Below the pieces are notes generated by a model. It searched no databases and was not told the DNA's origin. It was given only the letters and a program-made list of their open reading frames with translations. From Hamiltosporidium tvaerminnensis FI-OER-3-3 (Eukaryota; Fungi; Microsporidia): a stretch of DNA of 64,000 nt. The stretch is taken from NCBI GenBank assembly GCA_022605425.2, contig CM061252.1, positions 682,001 through 746,000 on the forward strand. The letters are read 5' to 3'. The position numbers and the translations under genes were made by a program. Shown one piece after another: positions 37,815 to 48,653 of the stretch (position 1 is the first letter of the stretch; the number at the start of each line of letters is the position of its first letter).

Positions 37815-38800
37815 AAGAGGGTGTTAATGATAGAGTAGTGAATAAAGGGTTTTAATGACTGTAGTGTGAATAAAGGGTGTTAATGTATTTAGTGTGAATA
37901 AGAGGGTGTTGGTGATATTCAGTGGGAATTAGAGGGTGTTAATATAGAGAGTAGTAAAGTTTAGGGTGTTAATGACTGACGTGTTAATAAGAGGGTGTTA
38001 TGGATAGAGAATAGCGAAGTGATGGGGTGTTAATGACTGTAGTGTGAATAAGAGGGTGTTAAACATAATTAGATAATTAAAAGGGTGTTAAACATAATTA
38101 GATAAATAAAAGGGTGTTAAACATAAATACTAATAATTAAAAGGGTGTTAAACATAAATAGTAAAATTATAGGGGTGATAAAATAGTAGTTATAAATAAG
38201 AGGGTTTTAAACATATATACTAATAATTAAAAGGGTGTTAAACATAAATAGTAAAATTATAGGGATGATAAAATAGTAGTTATAAATAAGAGGGTTTTAA
38301 ACATATATACTAATAATTAAAAGGGTGTTAAACATAAATAGTAAAATTATAGGGGTGATAAAATAGTAGTTATAAATAAGAGGGTGTTAAACATATATAC
38401 TATAAACAAAGCTTGGTTAATTATAAGAATAGTTTTAAAGGGGTGTTATTAACAGGTATCATGTAACAGACTATTAAACATACCTAAACAATTAAAAGGG
38501 TGTTAAGTATTGTAATAATTTTAAAAGGTGTTAGTAATATAACACTAGTATCAGTATAAATAAAAAGGTGTTAAACATATGATTCTCTACAAAGGGGTGT
38601 TAATATAAAAGAATAGTAATAACACCCTATTAATAAACACCTATAAATAACATCCCTAATAATAAACACCTATAATTAAAACCCTATTAGTAACATACTA
38701 ACTAAAACCCTATTAGTAACATATATACAAATAACATACAATCTAAAACCCTATAAAAAAACATATAAATATAAATAAAACCCTTTAAACTTAAACCTTT
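37815..38800. repeat. AGGGTGTTAA minisatellite with a 90-bp x3 higher-order unit (38131-38400)
   Basis: More than 20 GGGTGTT-type cores. They switch to ACACCCT/AAACCCT orientation after ~38610. Confidence 0.92.
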
Positions 38801-38803
38801 TAC

Positions 38804-41284
38804 TTAAAGCTCTTCTTTTAACTCCTCCTCAACCACAGCCTTAGGAACATCCTTAACCTCTTCCTTCTCATCCTCCTTCTTATCCTCTTGTATTACTTCT
38901 TTACTAATACTATCCTCATCACCCTCCTCAATCTCTTCCTTATACTCCTCCTCCTCTCTATCCATACTATCTTCCTTATACTCTTTATACTCTTTATCCT
39001 CTTTATACTCCTCCTCTCTATCCTTCTCCTCAATCTCATTATCCTTATCTTTATCCTCTCTATCCATCTCATCTTCCTCTTCCTTAAATCCATACCCCTT
39101 TTGATCTTTATCTTCTCCAACAGTAATCTTAGCACCTGTCTCTACCATTCCCTCATCCTTAACCATTTCCAATCCTAACCCTACTCTTCCATTATTAACA
39201 AGTCCCAAGTAAGACCCTACCTTATCATAAACATCCACTCCACACAAAACACTGGTCCCAAGAAAATATGACTTAAGTAAAACCCCTGCTCTATCCTCAT
39301 CTACTCTACTCAACTCATCAAGTCTTTTAACCTCTTCATGTTCCATATTCACTTCAAAAATAGGTTTTACTTCAAACATTTGTCTAAAAACTGACTTCTG
39401 TATAGTATTGACACCTAACACACTCTTCATACCAGCACTCATCCTTCTACTCTCCATCTTAACACAAAAAGGACATTCCTTTAATCTCTGACTCACCACT
39501 ACAGAACTACAATCACTCTTTAATACTTTTCTAGCAAAATCTATAAAATCAATTCCACTAGATTTTTCTTCCTTTTCATCTTCTTTACCTTCTTTGTCAT
39601 ATTTTACTTTTGTCTTTTCTACTCCATAACTCACTATATCACATAATTCCTTATTATCAAATTTTACAACTGCTTGTATAACTTGTTCATCGTTTAATCC
39701 ATTCAAGAAAAAAAATGGAATTTCAATTCCATCAAATAACGGATGTTTCAATCCACCCCTCATTTTATAATCACTAATAGGAATAGAAGTATAATATATC
39801 TTATCACCAGTTACTCCTTCATTAAATTTACCTAAAGTTACTAATCCATCCACAGTTTCAAACGGTAAAATTATTGCCAATTTATTTACCAATTTTTCAT
39901 TATTTTCTTTCTTAGCATTTAACAAGCCACTCTTTATATGTGTATTGTAAGATTCTAAAACCTTTCCACTCATATTTTTTATTGTATCAACTACTTTAGT
40001 CTGTAAATTACTGTAAATACTTTTTATTGTATTTTCTGAACATAAAAATTCTTCTCTACTACTTGTCAACTGAGCATCTCTACTTCTCAATATTATGTAC
40101 ATCGGTGATAATAACTCAGGTACACTCTTCAATCTAGGATCATGTACCATACTACCACTTACATATACACGTACTGCACCCTTGTTTTCCATACCAAACA
40201 TTCTCATATCAGATATCTCAGGCATAAAAACTAAAGCTTCAAAATTTACCGGTACAATCACATCTTCACTATTGGTTTGAGAAATTGAAAATTTCACATT
40301 AAAAGCATTTAAAAGGGTTGAAGAAGAAGAATCAAAACATTTCTTAAAAATTATTTTTAGTTCTTCTAAGTCTTTAGAATAAGACCAAGGAGTCATTTCA
40401 AGATCATAGACACCATCAGAGTCATTGTCATTCTCTTCTTTGTCTTCTTTATCTTCCTTAGTAGATTCATTAGTAGATTCAATCTCTTCTTTAGTAGATT
40501 CAATCTTTTCATTCTCACCCTTCTCACCCTTCTCTTCTACCTTCTCTTCGGTTTGCTTGCTGGTGTCTGTCTCTCTGATTACTACTTTACCTTCTTTGTC
40601 AATAACTTTCATTTGTACTTTGAAACGAGCACTTGAAGGATCTCTAAGTAAATTCTCTTTAACCCACTTAGTAACTGTATCTTGTGTTATCTTATCTTGG
40701 TGTTTAGGACTGATTTTTACAGTAACGGTTGTACCGATGGGTGAAGTGACAGGATCTAAAGTGTATTTGGTAGATCCTTTTTGAAATGTAAATTTATATC
40801 CTTGATCACTATTATACCTTCTACTAACAATCTCTACTCCATCTGCTACACTAAGAGTTGAATATAAACCAACACCGAACTGTCCAATAAAATCACTATC
40901 TTCTTTTTTATTAGCTCGTGTACCAGATGCACCAACCTTACCAACATAATTAGTAAGTTCTTCATAACTCATACCAATACCTCTATCACGTATAGAAAAT
41001 ATATTTTCTTTTTTGTTTAAAGTTATAAGAATATGCTTATTAATATCAGCATCTCCTATTCCTGTCTCACTCACTAATTTCTTGTTCGCATCAATCGAAT
41101 TAGAAATTAATTCTTTGATAAAAGAATTTTGGTTCTGTAACAGTAATGAAGATATGTTTTCAAATAAATTCGTGTCAAGTGTAAACTCGTGTTGTGTCTG
41201 TATAGACAGATGGAGGTATATAAGTGTAATGAATGTTGTTTTTAAATGCTTGAGAAATGTATTCGTGTTTTTTTGTGGGTTCAT
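38804..41284 (-). CDS. Hsp90-family chaperone, ER type (GRP94/endoplasmin-like)
   Basis: FIKELISNSIDA, IRDRGIGM, IGQFGVG, SRE and FEVN.EH motifs. Hydrophobic N-terminal segment and C-terminal KEEL; no MEEVD. Confidence 0.88.
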   Translation of the reverse strand: MNPQKNTNTFLKHLKTTFITLIYLHLSIQTQHEFTLDTNLFENISSLLLQNQNSFIKELISNSIDANKKLVSETGIGDADINKHILITLNKKENIFSIRDRGIGMSYEELTNYVGKVGASGTRANKKEDSDFIGQFGVGLYSTLSVADGVEIVSRRYNSDQGYKFTFQKGSTKYTLDPVTSPIGTTVTVKISPKHQDKITQDTVTKWVKENLLRDPSSARFKVQMKVIDKEGKVVIRETDTSKQTEEKVEEKGEKGENEKIESTKEEIESTNESTKEDKEDKEENDNDSDGVYDLEMTPWSYSKDLEELKIIFKKCFDSSSSTLLNAFNVKFSISQTNSEDVIVPVNFEALVFMPEISDMRMFGMENKGAVRVYVSGSMVHDPRLKSVPELLSPMYIILRSRDAQLTSSREEFLCSENTIKSIYSNLQTKVVDTIKNMSGKVLESYNTHIKSGLLNAKKENNEKLVNKLAIILPFETVDGLVTLGKFNEGVTGDKIYYTSIPISDYKMRGGLKHPLFDGIEIPFFFLNGLNDEQVIQAVVKFDNKELCDIVSYGVEKTKVKYDKEGKEDEKEEKSSGIDFIDFARKVLKSDCSSVVVSQRLKECPFCVKMESRRMSAGMKSVLGVNTIQKSVFRQMFEVKPIFEVNMEHEEVKRLDELSRVDEDRAGVLLKSYFLGTSVLCGVDVYDKVGSYLGLVNNGRVGLGLEMVKDEGMVETGAKITVGEDKDQKGYGFKEEEDEMDREDKDKDNEIEEKDREEEYKEDKEYKEYKEDSMDREEEEYKEEIEEGDEDSISKEVIQEDKKEDEKEEVKDVPKAVVEEELKEEL

Positions 41285-41639
41285 CTTTTCTTTGGAGGTG
41301 TATGGAGGGGTCGTTTTTTTTTTATATTTATAGTTTCTTTTTGTATTTATATTTTCAATTTTGATGGTTAATACTTGTTTTACATATGGAGTGTTTCTAT
41401 TGGTTGGTTTGATATGAAATATTTTTTTAAAAAGAGAAGATATTGATATAGAGAAGTAATAGAGAGTATTAGATTGATTAGTAAGTATTTGTAATGGGTT
41501 AGTAAGTAATAGAGTATTAGATATGTAATGGGTTAGTAAATATTAGAGTATTAGATTTGTAATGGTTTAGTAAGTAATAGTATTACAGAGTATAAGATAA
41601 TAGTATTACAAAATATAAGATATAATTGATTACAAGAAG

Positions 41640-41897
41640 TTAAGAGTATATAAGAGAATATAAGAGAATATAAGAGTATATAAGAGAATATAAGAGAATA
41701 TAAGAGTATATAAGAGTATATAAGAGAATATAAGAGTATATAAGAGTATATAAGAGTATATAAGAGTATATAAGAGTATATAAGAGTTATAAGAGTATAT
41801 AAGAGTATATAAGAGTTATAAGAGAATATAAGATATAGGATATAAGAGAATATTAGAGTATATTAGAGTATATAAGAGTATATAAGAGTATATAAGA
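41640..41897. repeat. (TAAGAGTATA)n 10-mer satellite
   Basis: About 25 near-perfect units. Confidence 0.95.
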
Positions 41898-42439
41898 TAT
41901 TTAAATAAATTTTTAAATTATTTAATTTATTAAAGACTGTTTTTTTTATAAAACTGGTTGTTCTAAGAATAAAGAGAATATTTTTTTATATTTTTTTATT
42001 TTTTCAATTCTTTTTATAATTCATTTATAATTTATTTTTATATTCTTTTTATAAGAAGAATTCATTTTTTATTTTTTTTTTATATTTTTTTTATATTTTT
42101 TTATATTTTTTATATTTTTTATATTCTTTTTATAAGAAGAATTCATTTATTTTTTTTTTATATTTTTTTTTTATTTTTTTATTTTTTTATATTTTTTATA
42201 AGAGAATAAGAATATTATAAGAAGAAAAATAATTTATTAATAAAACAACCATTAAATTTATTCTTAATTCTTATTATTGTTATTTTCTTATTTTTTCTTA
42301 TTCTCTTATTCTCTTATTCTCTTATATTTATTTATTTTTACTTATTTCTTTCTTATTCTCTTATTCTCTTATATTTATTTATTTTTACTTATAATACTTC
42401 TCTTATAATATTACTGTTCTAATACTACTGTTCTAATAC

Positions 42440-42770
42440 TTCTCTTAAGGATTTTCTATTTCTTATCACTCTCACTGCTTACTTCTTTATTTTCTTCTCT
42501 TAAAGATTTACTCTTTTCTATTTCTTATCACTCTCACTGTTTACTACTTTATTTTCTTCTCTTAAAGATTTACTCTTTTCTATTTCTTATCACTCTCACT
42601 GTTTACTTCTTTATTTTCTTCTCTTAAGGATTTACTCTTTTCTATTTCTTATCACTCTCACTGCTTACTTCTTTATTTTCTTCTCTTAAAGATTTTCTAT
42701 TTCTTATCACTCTCACTGTTTACTACTTTATTTTCTTCTCTTAAAGATTTACTCTTTTCTATTTCTTTTT
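42440..42770. repeat. ~59-bp pyrimidine-rich tandem repeat, ~5.5 units
   Basis: TTTCTATTTCTTATCACTCTCACTG.TTACT.CTTTATTTTCTTCTCTTAA.GATTT repeated. Confidence 0.93.
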
Positions 42771-42867
42771 GTATTAATTCTTCTATTTTAATTCTTATTT
42801 TCTCTTCACTGTATGGAAATCTCATTTGGGGTTTGTAATTGTAATGTGTGTACATCTTTGTATTGTA

Positions 42868-43080
42868 TATGTATTACTATCTATAAGTATTACTATCTAT
42901 ATGTATTACTATCTATATGTATTACTATCTATATGTTTCAGACTTTACAGTATGTATCTTTAAATATCTATATGTATTACTATCTATATGTATTACTATC
43001 TATATGTATTACTATCTATATGTATTACTATCTATATGTTTCAGACTATATGTATTACTATCTATATGTTTCAGACTATT
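42868..43080. repeat. (TATGTATTACTATCTA)n 16-mer satellite
   Basis: Directly visible. It generates the spurious ORFs 42813-43082 and 42917-43126. Confidence 0.93.
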
Positions 43081-43137
43081 AAAGTATAAGAATGTTCAAA
43101 TACTGTGTTATAGTACTTTTAAATGACCCCTTTTATA

Positions 43138-46100
43138 ATGAAAGTAGATGATAGTTTTGATTTTGGAATAATAGGAACTTCTATATCTGGTTTGATACAA
43201 GCACAAAAGTATAAAAACAAGTCAATAATAGTTTTAGACTATCAAGATAATTACGGAACAACATGTACAAAGTATAGTGACTTATTACTATATAAAAACA
43301 TAAAAAATGTGAATATACGAATAGGTTTAGACACATTACTCATAGAAACACAACCTATAGTTGTGCGCGCATTCGATAAAATATTTAAATTTTTGAAAAA
43401 ATATAAATTGCTGAAATGCGTGGAGTTTGATTTTGTGAGTGAACATTTTTATGTGGGTGTGGATGGTGTGTGGAAAATTGTGCCGCATAGTTATAATGAA
43501 ATATCTTTTTGTACGTATTTGTCTAATAAAGAGAAACGGTATTTGGCGCGTGTGGCTGAAGGGAAGTGTGAGATGTACGAGGTTGAACATCTTTTTGAGG
43601 TGGGGAATTATAAAGTACTGTTTGAAGGTATAACGGGGAGGGAGTATGTTAGAGGGGAGTTGGTTAAGTGTGAAGTGAAGGAGGTGGTTGGGTGTAGAGT
43701 GGGAAGTGATGAGGGGAGTAATGGGTATGGGAGGTTGTTTATTAGGGAGATGGGTAGTCTGGAGAGTTTGAATGAAACGATTAAACCGGACAATGTTGAG
43801 ATTAAAAATGGTGATGGATATAGAAGTGGATCGGAGGATAGCAGTTCTTTTTATAGTGGGAAGGAAGCTTCGCCAATAACTGAAGTGGTAACAGAATTTG
43901 AAAATGAAAAGGATGAAGTTAAAGACGAGATGAAGGATGTAGATAATAACACTGGGAACGAAAAAGAAATGCAAGTGAAAGAAGAGGAGAAGGAAATTGT
44001 TAAAGTGGATGACGAGAAGAATGAAGCTGTGGAAGTCAGAGAGGAGAATGAAGCTGTAAAGGTGGATGAGAAAGGAGTAGAAGAAATGAAGGTTGAAGAA
44101 AAGGTGAAAGAAGAAGAGGAGAAGGAAATTGTTAAAGTGGATGATAAAGGAGTAGAAGAAATGAAGGTTGAAGAAAAGGTGAAAGAAGAAGAGGAGAATG
44201 AAATTGTTAAAGTGGATGAGGAGGAGAAAGAAGCAGTTAAAGAAGAAGAGGAGAAGGAAAGTGCTAAAGTGGATGAGAAAGGAGTAGAAGAAATGAAGGT
44301 TGAAGAAAAGGTGAAAGAAGAAGAGGAGAATGAAGCTGTAAAGGTGGATGAGAAAGGAGTAGAAGAAATGAAGGTTGAAGAAGAGGAGAAGGAAGAAGAG
44401 GAGAATGAAGCTGTAAAGGTGGATGAGAAAGGAGTAGAAGAAATGAAGGTTGAAGAAAAGGTGAAAGAAGAAGAGGAGAAGGAAATTGTTAAAGTGGATG
44501 ATAAAGGAGTGGAAGAAATGAAGGTTGAAGAAAAGGAGAAGGAACAGGCGAAGGAAGAGGAGACTATGGAAGAGGAGGAGAAGAAAGAAGAGGAGACCAT
44601 TGAAGAAAATAAAATTGAGAAATTAAAAGAAGAAAATAAATTTGAGGATGAAGAAGAAGAGAAATTAAAAGAAGAAGAAGAGAAATTAAAAGAAGAGAAA
44701 GAAGATGTTGAAGATAAAAAAATTCAAAAGGAAGAAAAAGAGAAAGAAGAAATGAAAGTTGAAGAAGAAGAGGAATTTAAAGAGGAGAAGGAAGATGTTG
44801 AAAATGAAAAGGAAGAAGAAGTGAAGATTGAAAAAAACGAAGAATTGAATGTTGAAGATTGTAAAACGCAGGAGAATGAAGAAAAGAAAGAAGAAGAAAA
44901 ACTTGGTGAAGAGAAGATTATAAAGGATTTTAAAACTGAGAAAGAAGAAGAAAAACTTGGTGAAGAGAAGATTATAAAGGATTTCAAAACTGAGAAAGAA
45001 GAAAAGAAAGAAGAAGAAGATATCAAAACGCATGTGGAAGAAGGACATCAGAAAAAGGAAAAAGCAGAGGATAAAAGTCTTAAGACTAGTAAATCAGAGA
45101 AGAATGAAGATTTGGTTGTTGAAAAGGAAATCGAAGAGAAAGATGATAATAACAAGAAAGTAGAAGATATGAAAGTAGAAAATAAGGAAGAGAAGAATGA
45201 AGAAGATATGAATGTTGGAGATAAGAATATTGAAGATAAGAATATTGAAGATAAGGAAGAGAAGAATGTTCAGGTTCAGAATGTGGTATTAAAAAATGAA
45301 GCAACGAAAGAGGAGATTGAAGAGAAAATCAAAGAGGAGGAGATGAGAATCAAGGATGTAAATTTTGAAACTAAAGAAAATCTGAAAGTCCAAAAGGAAA
45401 TCGAAAATTTAAAAGAATTTAATATAAAAAATTTGGTGAGCGATGAAAGTGTTGTAGAATTGGAAACTGAAAAATGTCTCGATTTGGATTTTAAAGAGAA
45501 ATCATGTTTGTCTTCTAAAGAAAAACAAGAAGAAAATAAAAATAACGAATTTAAAGATTTTAAAAGTAAAGAGAATTTAAATACTGAAAAAGATTTTAAA
45601 AGTAACGAGAATTTAAATGTTAAAAAAGATGAAAATAATTTAAATATTGAAGAAGATGAAAGTAATGAGAATTTAAATACTGAAGAAGATTTTAAAAGTA
45701 AAGAGAATTTAAATATTAAAAAAGATGAAAATAATTTAAATATTGAAGAAGATGAAAGTAATGAGAATTTAAATACTGAAGAAGATTTTAAAAGTAAAGA
45801 GAATTTAAATATTAAAAAAGATGAAAATAATTTAAATATTGAAGAAGATGAAAGTAAAGAGAATTTAAATACTGAAAAAGATTTTAAAAGTAACGAGAAT
45901 TTAAATACTGAAGAAGATAAAATCGTGGACTCTTTAAATACCAACAATGATGATAATATTGAGAATAATTTAAATACTGAAGAAGATAAAATCGTTGACT
46001 CTTTAAATACCAACAATAATGATAATATTGACTCTACAAATATTGAAAAATATGAAGAAAGTAAAAATGTTTTTAATGAAGAAAAGAGCAGTTCTCTGAC

Positions 46101-47304
46101 CACAAGACATATAAATTCTAGTGTAATGAATTTATTTGAAGAAAATAAATCAAGAATTTTTTTAGAAAAAAATTTGGAGTCTTTAAGAGATAAACAATTA
46201 ATAAATGAAAATATTGAAATTGACGAGGAGACTAAAGAAAACGATTTATTTTCTGACACGAAGAGTCTTTTATCACTTCAAGATGAAAAAATAAATGGAA
46301 ATGAAAATAAATCTGTGTACGAGACAAAAACAGAAATTTATACATCGGACGAGAGTACGTCTTCTGGTGGTCAAGAATTTGTTGAGAGAGAAGTTTTTGC
46401 TACAAAAAAAATTGATGAAAAAAATTTTGATTTAAATTCTGAAAAAGTTTTTAGTGAAAAAAAAGTGGATTTTACTGAAGAAAATATAAATTCTTGTGTT
46501 TTAAATGAAGATACGGATAATTTTTCAGAGTTGAAAGGTATTATTGATCAAAAAGTAGATGAACAAGTTATAAATACAGAATCTATTTATTTTGAGTGTA
46601 CAGAACCATTTACAGAGGAAATAAAAATACCGGAGACTGTTGTTTCATCTGAGAAAAGAAGATCTTCGTACATTAAAGAAAGTGATTTGGAAAAAGATTT
46701 TGGAAATATGAGTATAATAATGTCAGATTCTACAGATTTACAATCTACAAAAATAAAATACGAAAATGAAGATATTTTTCTTAAAAGAATGCTTAAAAGA
46801 CACTTTTTAAATTTTAAAAAAAATGGTTTTATATTTCCTCGGTACGGATTCAAAGAAATTTCTGAAGTCATCAGTAGATTCAATTCTTTAAATAATATTG
46901 CTCATATGTTGGATAGCAAATTGGAAATAGAAAAAGTAAAAGATGGATATTTGGCATCTTCTAGACACGGTACAGCTTTTTTTACAAATTTAATTCCTAA
47001 AAGAGTTGGAACAGTTGTTTTTTGTTGTAGAACACTTGTTTTGAATTCTAAATTTCAAAAAGAAAGATTTTTTGCGGTTTTTGAAGACAAGAAAGGACCA
47101 ATATGCTGTCTGGCATTAGATGACAAGTTTCATATGTCTAGCGCTAATCATTATGTTTTACAGATGTGGAGATACTCTCATGAAATAACTGATTTGGATC
47201 TTGAAAGTATCGGTATTAATTTAGAAAATAGAATTGGTGACATTTCTTTTGAAACATTTGGTGATTTTGAATGGGATAGTTTGAATATTGAAGAGTCGTT
47301 TTAA
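43138..47304 (+). CDS. GDI/Rab escort protein (REP/Mrs6-like) with ~1000-aa E/K-rich repeat insertion
   Basis: N-terminal FDFGIIGTSISGLIQA...IIVLDYQDNYG, PHSYNEI...LSNKEKRYL, and C-terminal FIFPRYGFKEISEVISR match GDI/REP conserved regions. The CCCC motif favours ATG 43138 over 43123. Confidence 0.8.
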   Translation: MKVDDSFDFGIIGTSISGLIQAQKYKNKSIIVLDYQDNYGTTCTKYSDLLLYKNIKNVNIRIGLDTLLIETQPIVVRAFDKIFKFLKKYKLLKCVEFDFVSEHFYVGVDGVWKIVPHSYNEISFCTYLSNKEKRYLARVAEGKCEMYEVEHLFEVGNYKVLFEGITGREYVRGELVKCEVKEVVGCRVGSDEGSNGYGRLFIREMGSLESLNETIKPDNVEIKNGDGYRSGSEDSSSFYSGKEASPITEVVTEFENEKDEVKDEMKDVDNNTGNEKEMQVKEEEKEIVKVDDEKNEAVEVREENEAVKVDEKGVEEMKVEEKVKEEEEKEIVKVDDKGVEEMKVEEKVKEEEENEIVKVDEEEKEAVKEEEEKESAKVDEKGVEEMKVEEKVKEEEENEAVKVDEKGVEEMKVEEEEKEEEENEAVKVDEKGVEEMKVEEKVKEEEEKEIVKVDDKGVEEMKVEEKEKEQAKEEETMEEEEKKEEETIEENKIEKLKEENKFEDEEEEKLKEEEEKLKEEKEDVEDKKIQKEEKEKEEMKVEEEEEFKEEKEDVENEKEEEVKIEKNEELNVEDCKTQENEEKKEEEKLGEEKIIKDFKTEKEEEKLGEEKIIKDFKTEKEEKKEEEDIKTHVEEGHQKKEKAEDKSLKTSKSEKNEDLVVEKEIEEKDDNNKKVEDMKVENKEEKNEEDMNVGDKNIEDKNIEDKEEKNVQVQNVVLKNEATKEEIEEKIKEEEMRIKDVNFETKENLKVQKEIENLKEFNIKNLVSDESVVELETEKCLDLDFKEKSCLSSKEKQEENKNNEFKDFKSKENLNTEKDFKSNENLNVKKDENNLNIEEDESNENLNTEEDFKSKENLNIKKDENNLNIEEDESNENLNTEEDFKSKENLNIKKDENNLNIEEDESKENLNTEKDFKSNENLNTEEDKIVDSLNTNNDDNIENNLNTEEDKIVDSLNTNNNDNIDSTNIEKYEESKNVFNEEKSSSLTTRHINSSVMNLFEENKSRIFLEKNLESLRDKQLINENIEIDEETKENDLFSDTKSLLSLQDEKINGNENKSVYETKTEIYTSDESTSSGGQEFVEREVFATKKIDEKNFDLNSEKVFSEKKVDFTEENINSCVLNEDTDNFSELKGIIDQKVDEQVINTESIYFECTEPFTEEIKIPETVVSSEKRRSSYIKESDLEKDFGNMSIIMSDSTDLQSTKIKYENEDIFLKRMLKRHFLNFKKNGFIFPRYGFKEISEVISRFNSLNNIAHMLDSKLEIEKVKDGYLASSRHGTAFFTNLIPKRVGTVVFCCRTLVLNSKFQKERFFAVFEDKKGPICCLALDDKFHMSSANHYVLQMWRYSHEITDLDLESIGINLENRIGDISFETFGDFEWDSLNIEESF

Positions 47305-48171
47305 TCAGTTTAGTTGGATAAGAATATCGATGTAGTTTGTTCATTAAATGAGAGAATTATTATTTTTTTTTAATTTATTTTTTTTAAGTTTCAAAAAAAA
47401 TATTTTTGATTTAAATTCCTACATTTTTTTAAAAATATTTTTTGTATTGTATTTGTTAATTTATCATTAAAAATTATTTTTTGGTTATAAATGTACGATT
47501 TTCATTTACAATAAATTTATTTGTTAATTTGCTATTAAATTATAATATTTTACTTTACTTTTCTTTTGATTTAATATGTGAAACTTGACTTTAAATTTTT
47601 TTTTACTTTATTTTCTATTTTTATAAAATATAAGAAAATATTTGAATTTTAAAATTTTTTACAAAAAATATTTTAATTTCATTTAAACATTTAAAAAATA
47701 TGAAATTAAAGAAAATATAAAGAATTTCAAGTTTTTAGAATTTTAAGATAATTATTTAAAAAAAATATTCTTTAGAAAATAATGAAGGAAACTTTGAAAT
47801 TAATTTGTTTTGAAATGACATATTTCTATTATAAATTAATTTTTTTTGAATCTTTAAGGTTACATTAAAAAATCTTTATAAAAATTTATTATTTTTATTA
47901 TACAAGCAAATTTATTTTTAGTTTAAAGGAAAATAAGAACTGTAAACAATTATGGAAAATGAAAAATTAAGGCTTATAATATGATAAAATAAATTTTAAA
48001 ATATTTTCATTTTTTCTATTTTTTTTTTTCAAAATCTTTCATTATAGATCTAATTGTCTATTGATTTGCTTTATGAATATAATGAAAATAAAAAAAAGTT
48101 ACAAATAAAAATCTAAGAAAAATAGAATTATTTGAATTTTTACTGTCATAAAATATTTTTTTTTATTAGTA

Positions 48172-48322
48172 ATGTCATTGTAAATATTTCATTTCTTAAA
48201 AAATCTATTTCAGAGGTACAATTTCTATTGATTTAAATTCCGAGTAAAAATGTCATTGTAAATATTTAATTTCTTAAAAAATCTATTTCAAAGGTAAAAT
48301 TTCTATTGATTTAAATTCTGAG
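48172..48322. repeat. Direct tandem duplication, ~78 bp x2
   Basis: ATGTCATTGTAAATATTT.ATTTCTTAAAAAATCTATTTCA.AGGTA.AATTTCTATTGATTTAAATTC occurs twice in tandem. Confidence 0.88.
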
Positions 48323-48653
48323 TTAAAATCATTTCGCTACTTTTCAAATATTTACTTCTGCCATTCTATTTTCAAATTTAAAACCGAGTCTTGATTTATA
48401 TATATCGTTAGATATTTCAAAGCTTACAACATCTCAAATAGAAATAAATAATTTTTTTTCTTGTTTTAAAACATTCTCCTCTTTTTTGATTGTCTAATAG
48501 AGTATTATTGGTTCCTCACCCATTTTGACTGCTTTTATAAGACATATAAATGTTTTTTATTAACTCTCTTAGGCATTTAATCTAGCTCAAGTCTTTCCCG
48601 TAAATTAAAAGAAAATGGTTTGACTTTTTTTTAACACATTCGATTGTATATAC

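Noticed and set aside
37815-38800. Repeat-spacer pattern resembling CRISPR or a true telomere
   Set aside because: The core is only ~10 nt, spacers are related to each other, there are no cas genes, the context is eukaryotic, and the array is internal with no perfect (TTAGGG)n.
43336-46883. Long Ser/Phe-rich minus-strand ORFs (e.g. 43851-44600, 45276-46259)
   Set aside because: Antisense shadows of the purine-rich repeat coding strand. The same applies to shadows over Hsp90, the coiled-coil gene and the retrotransposon tails.
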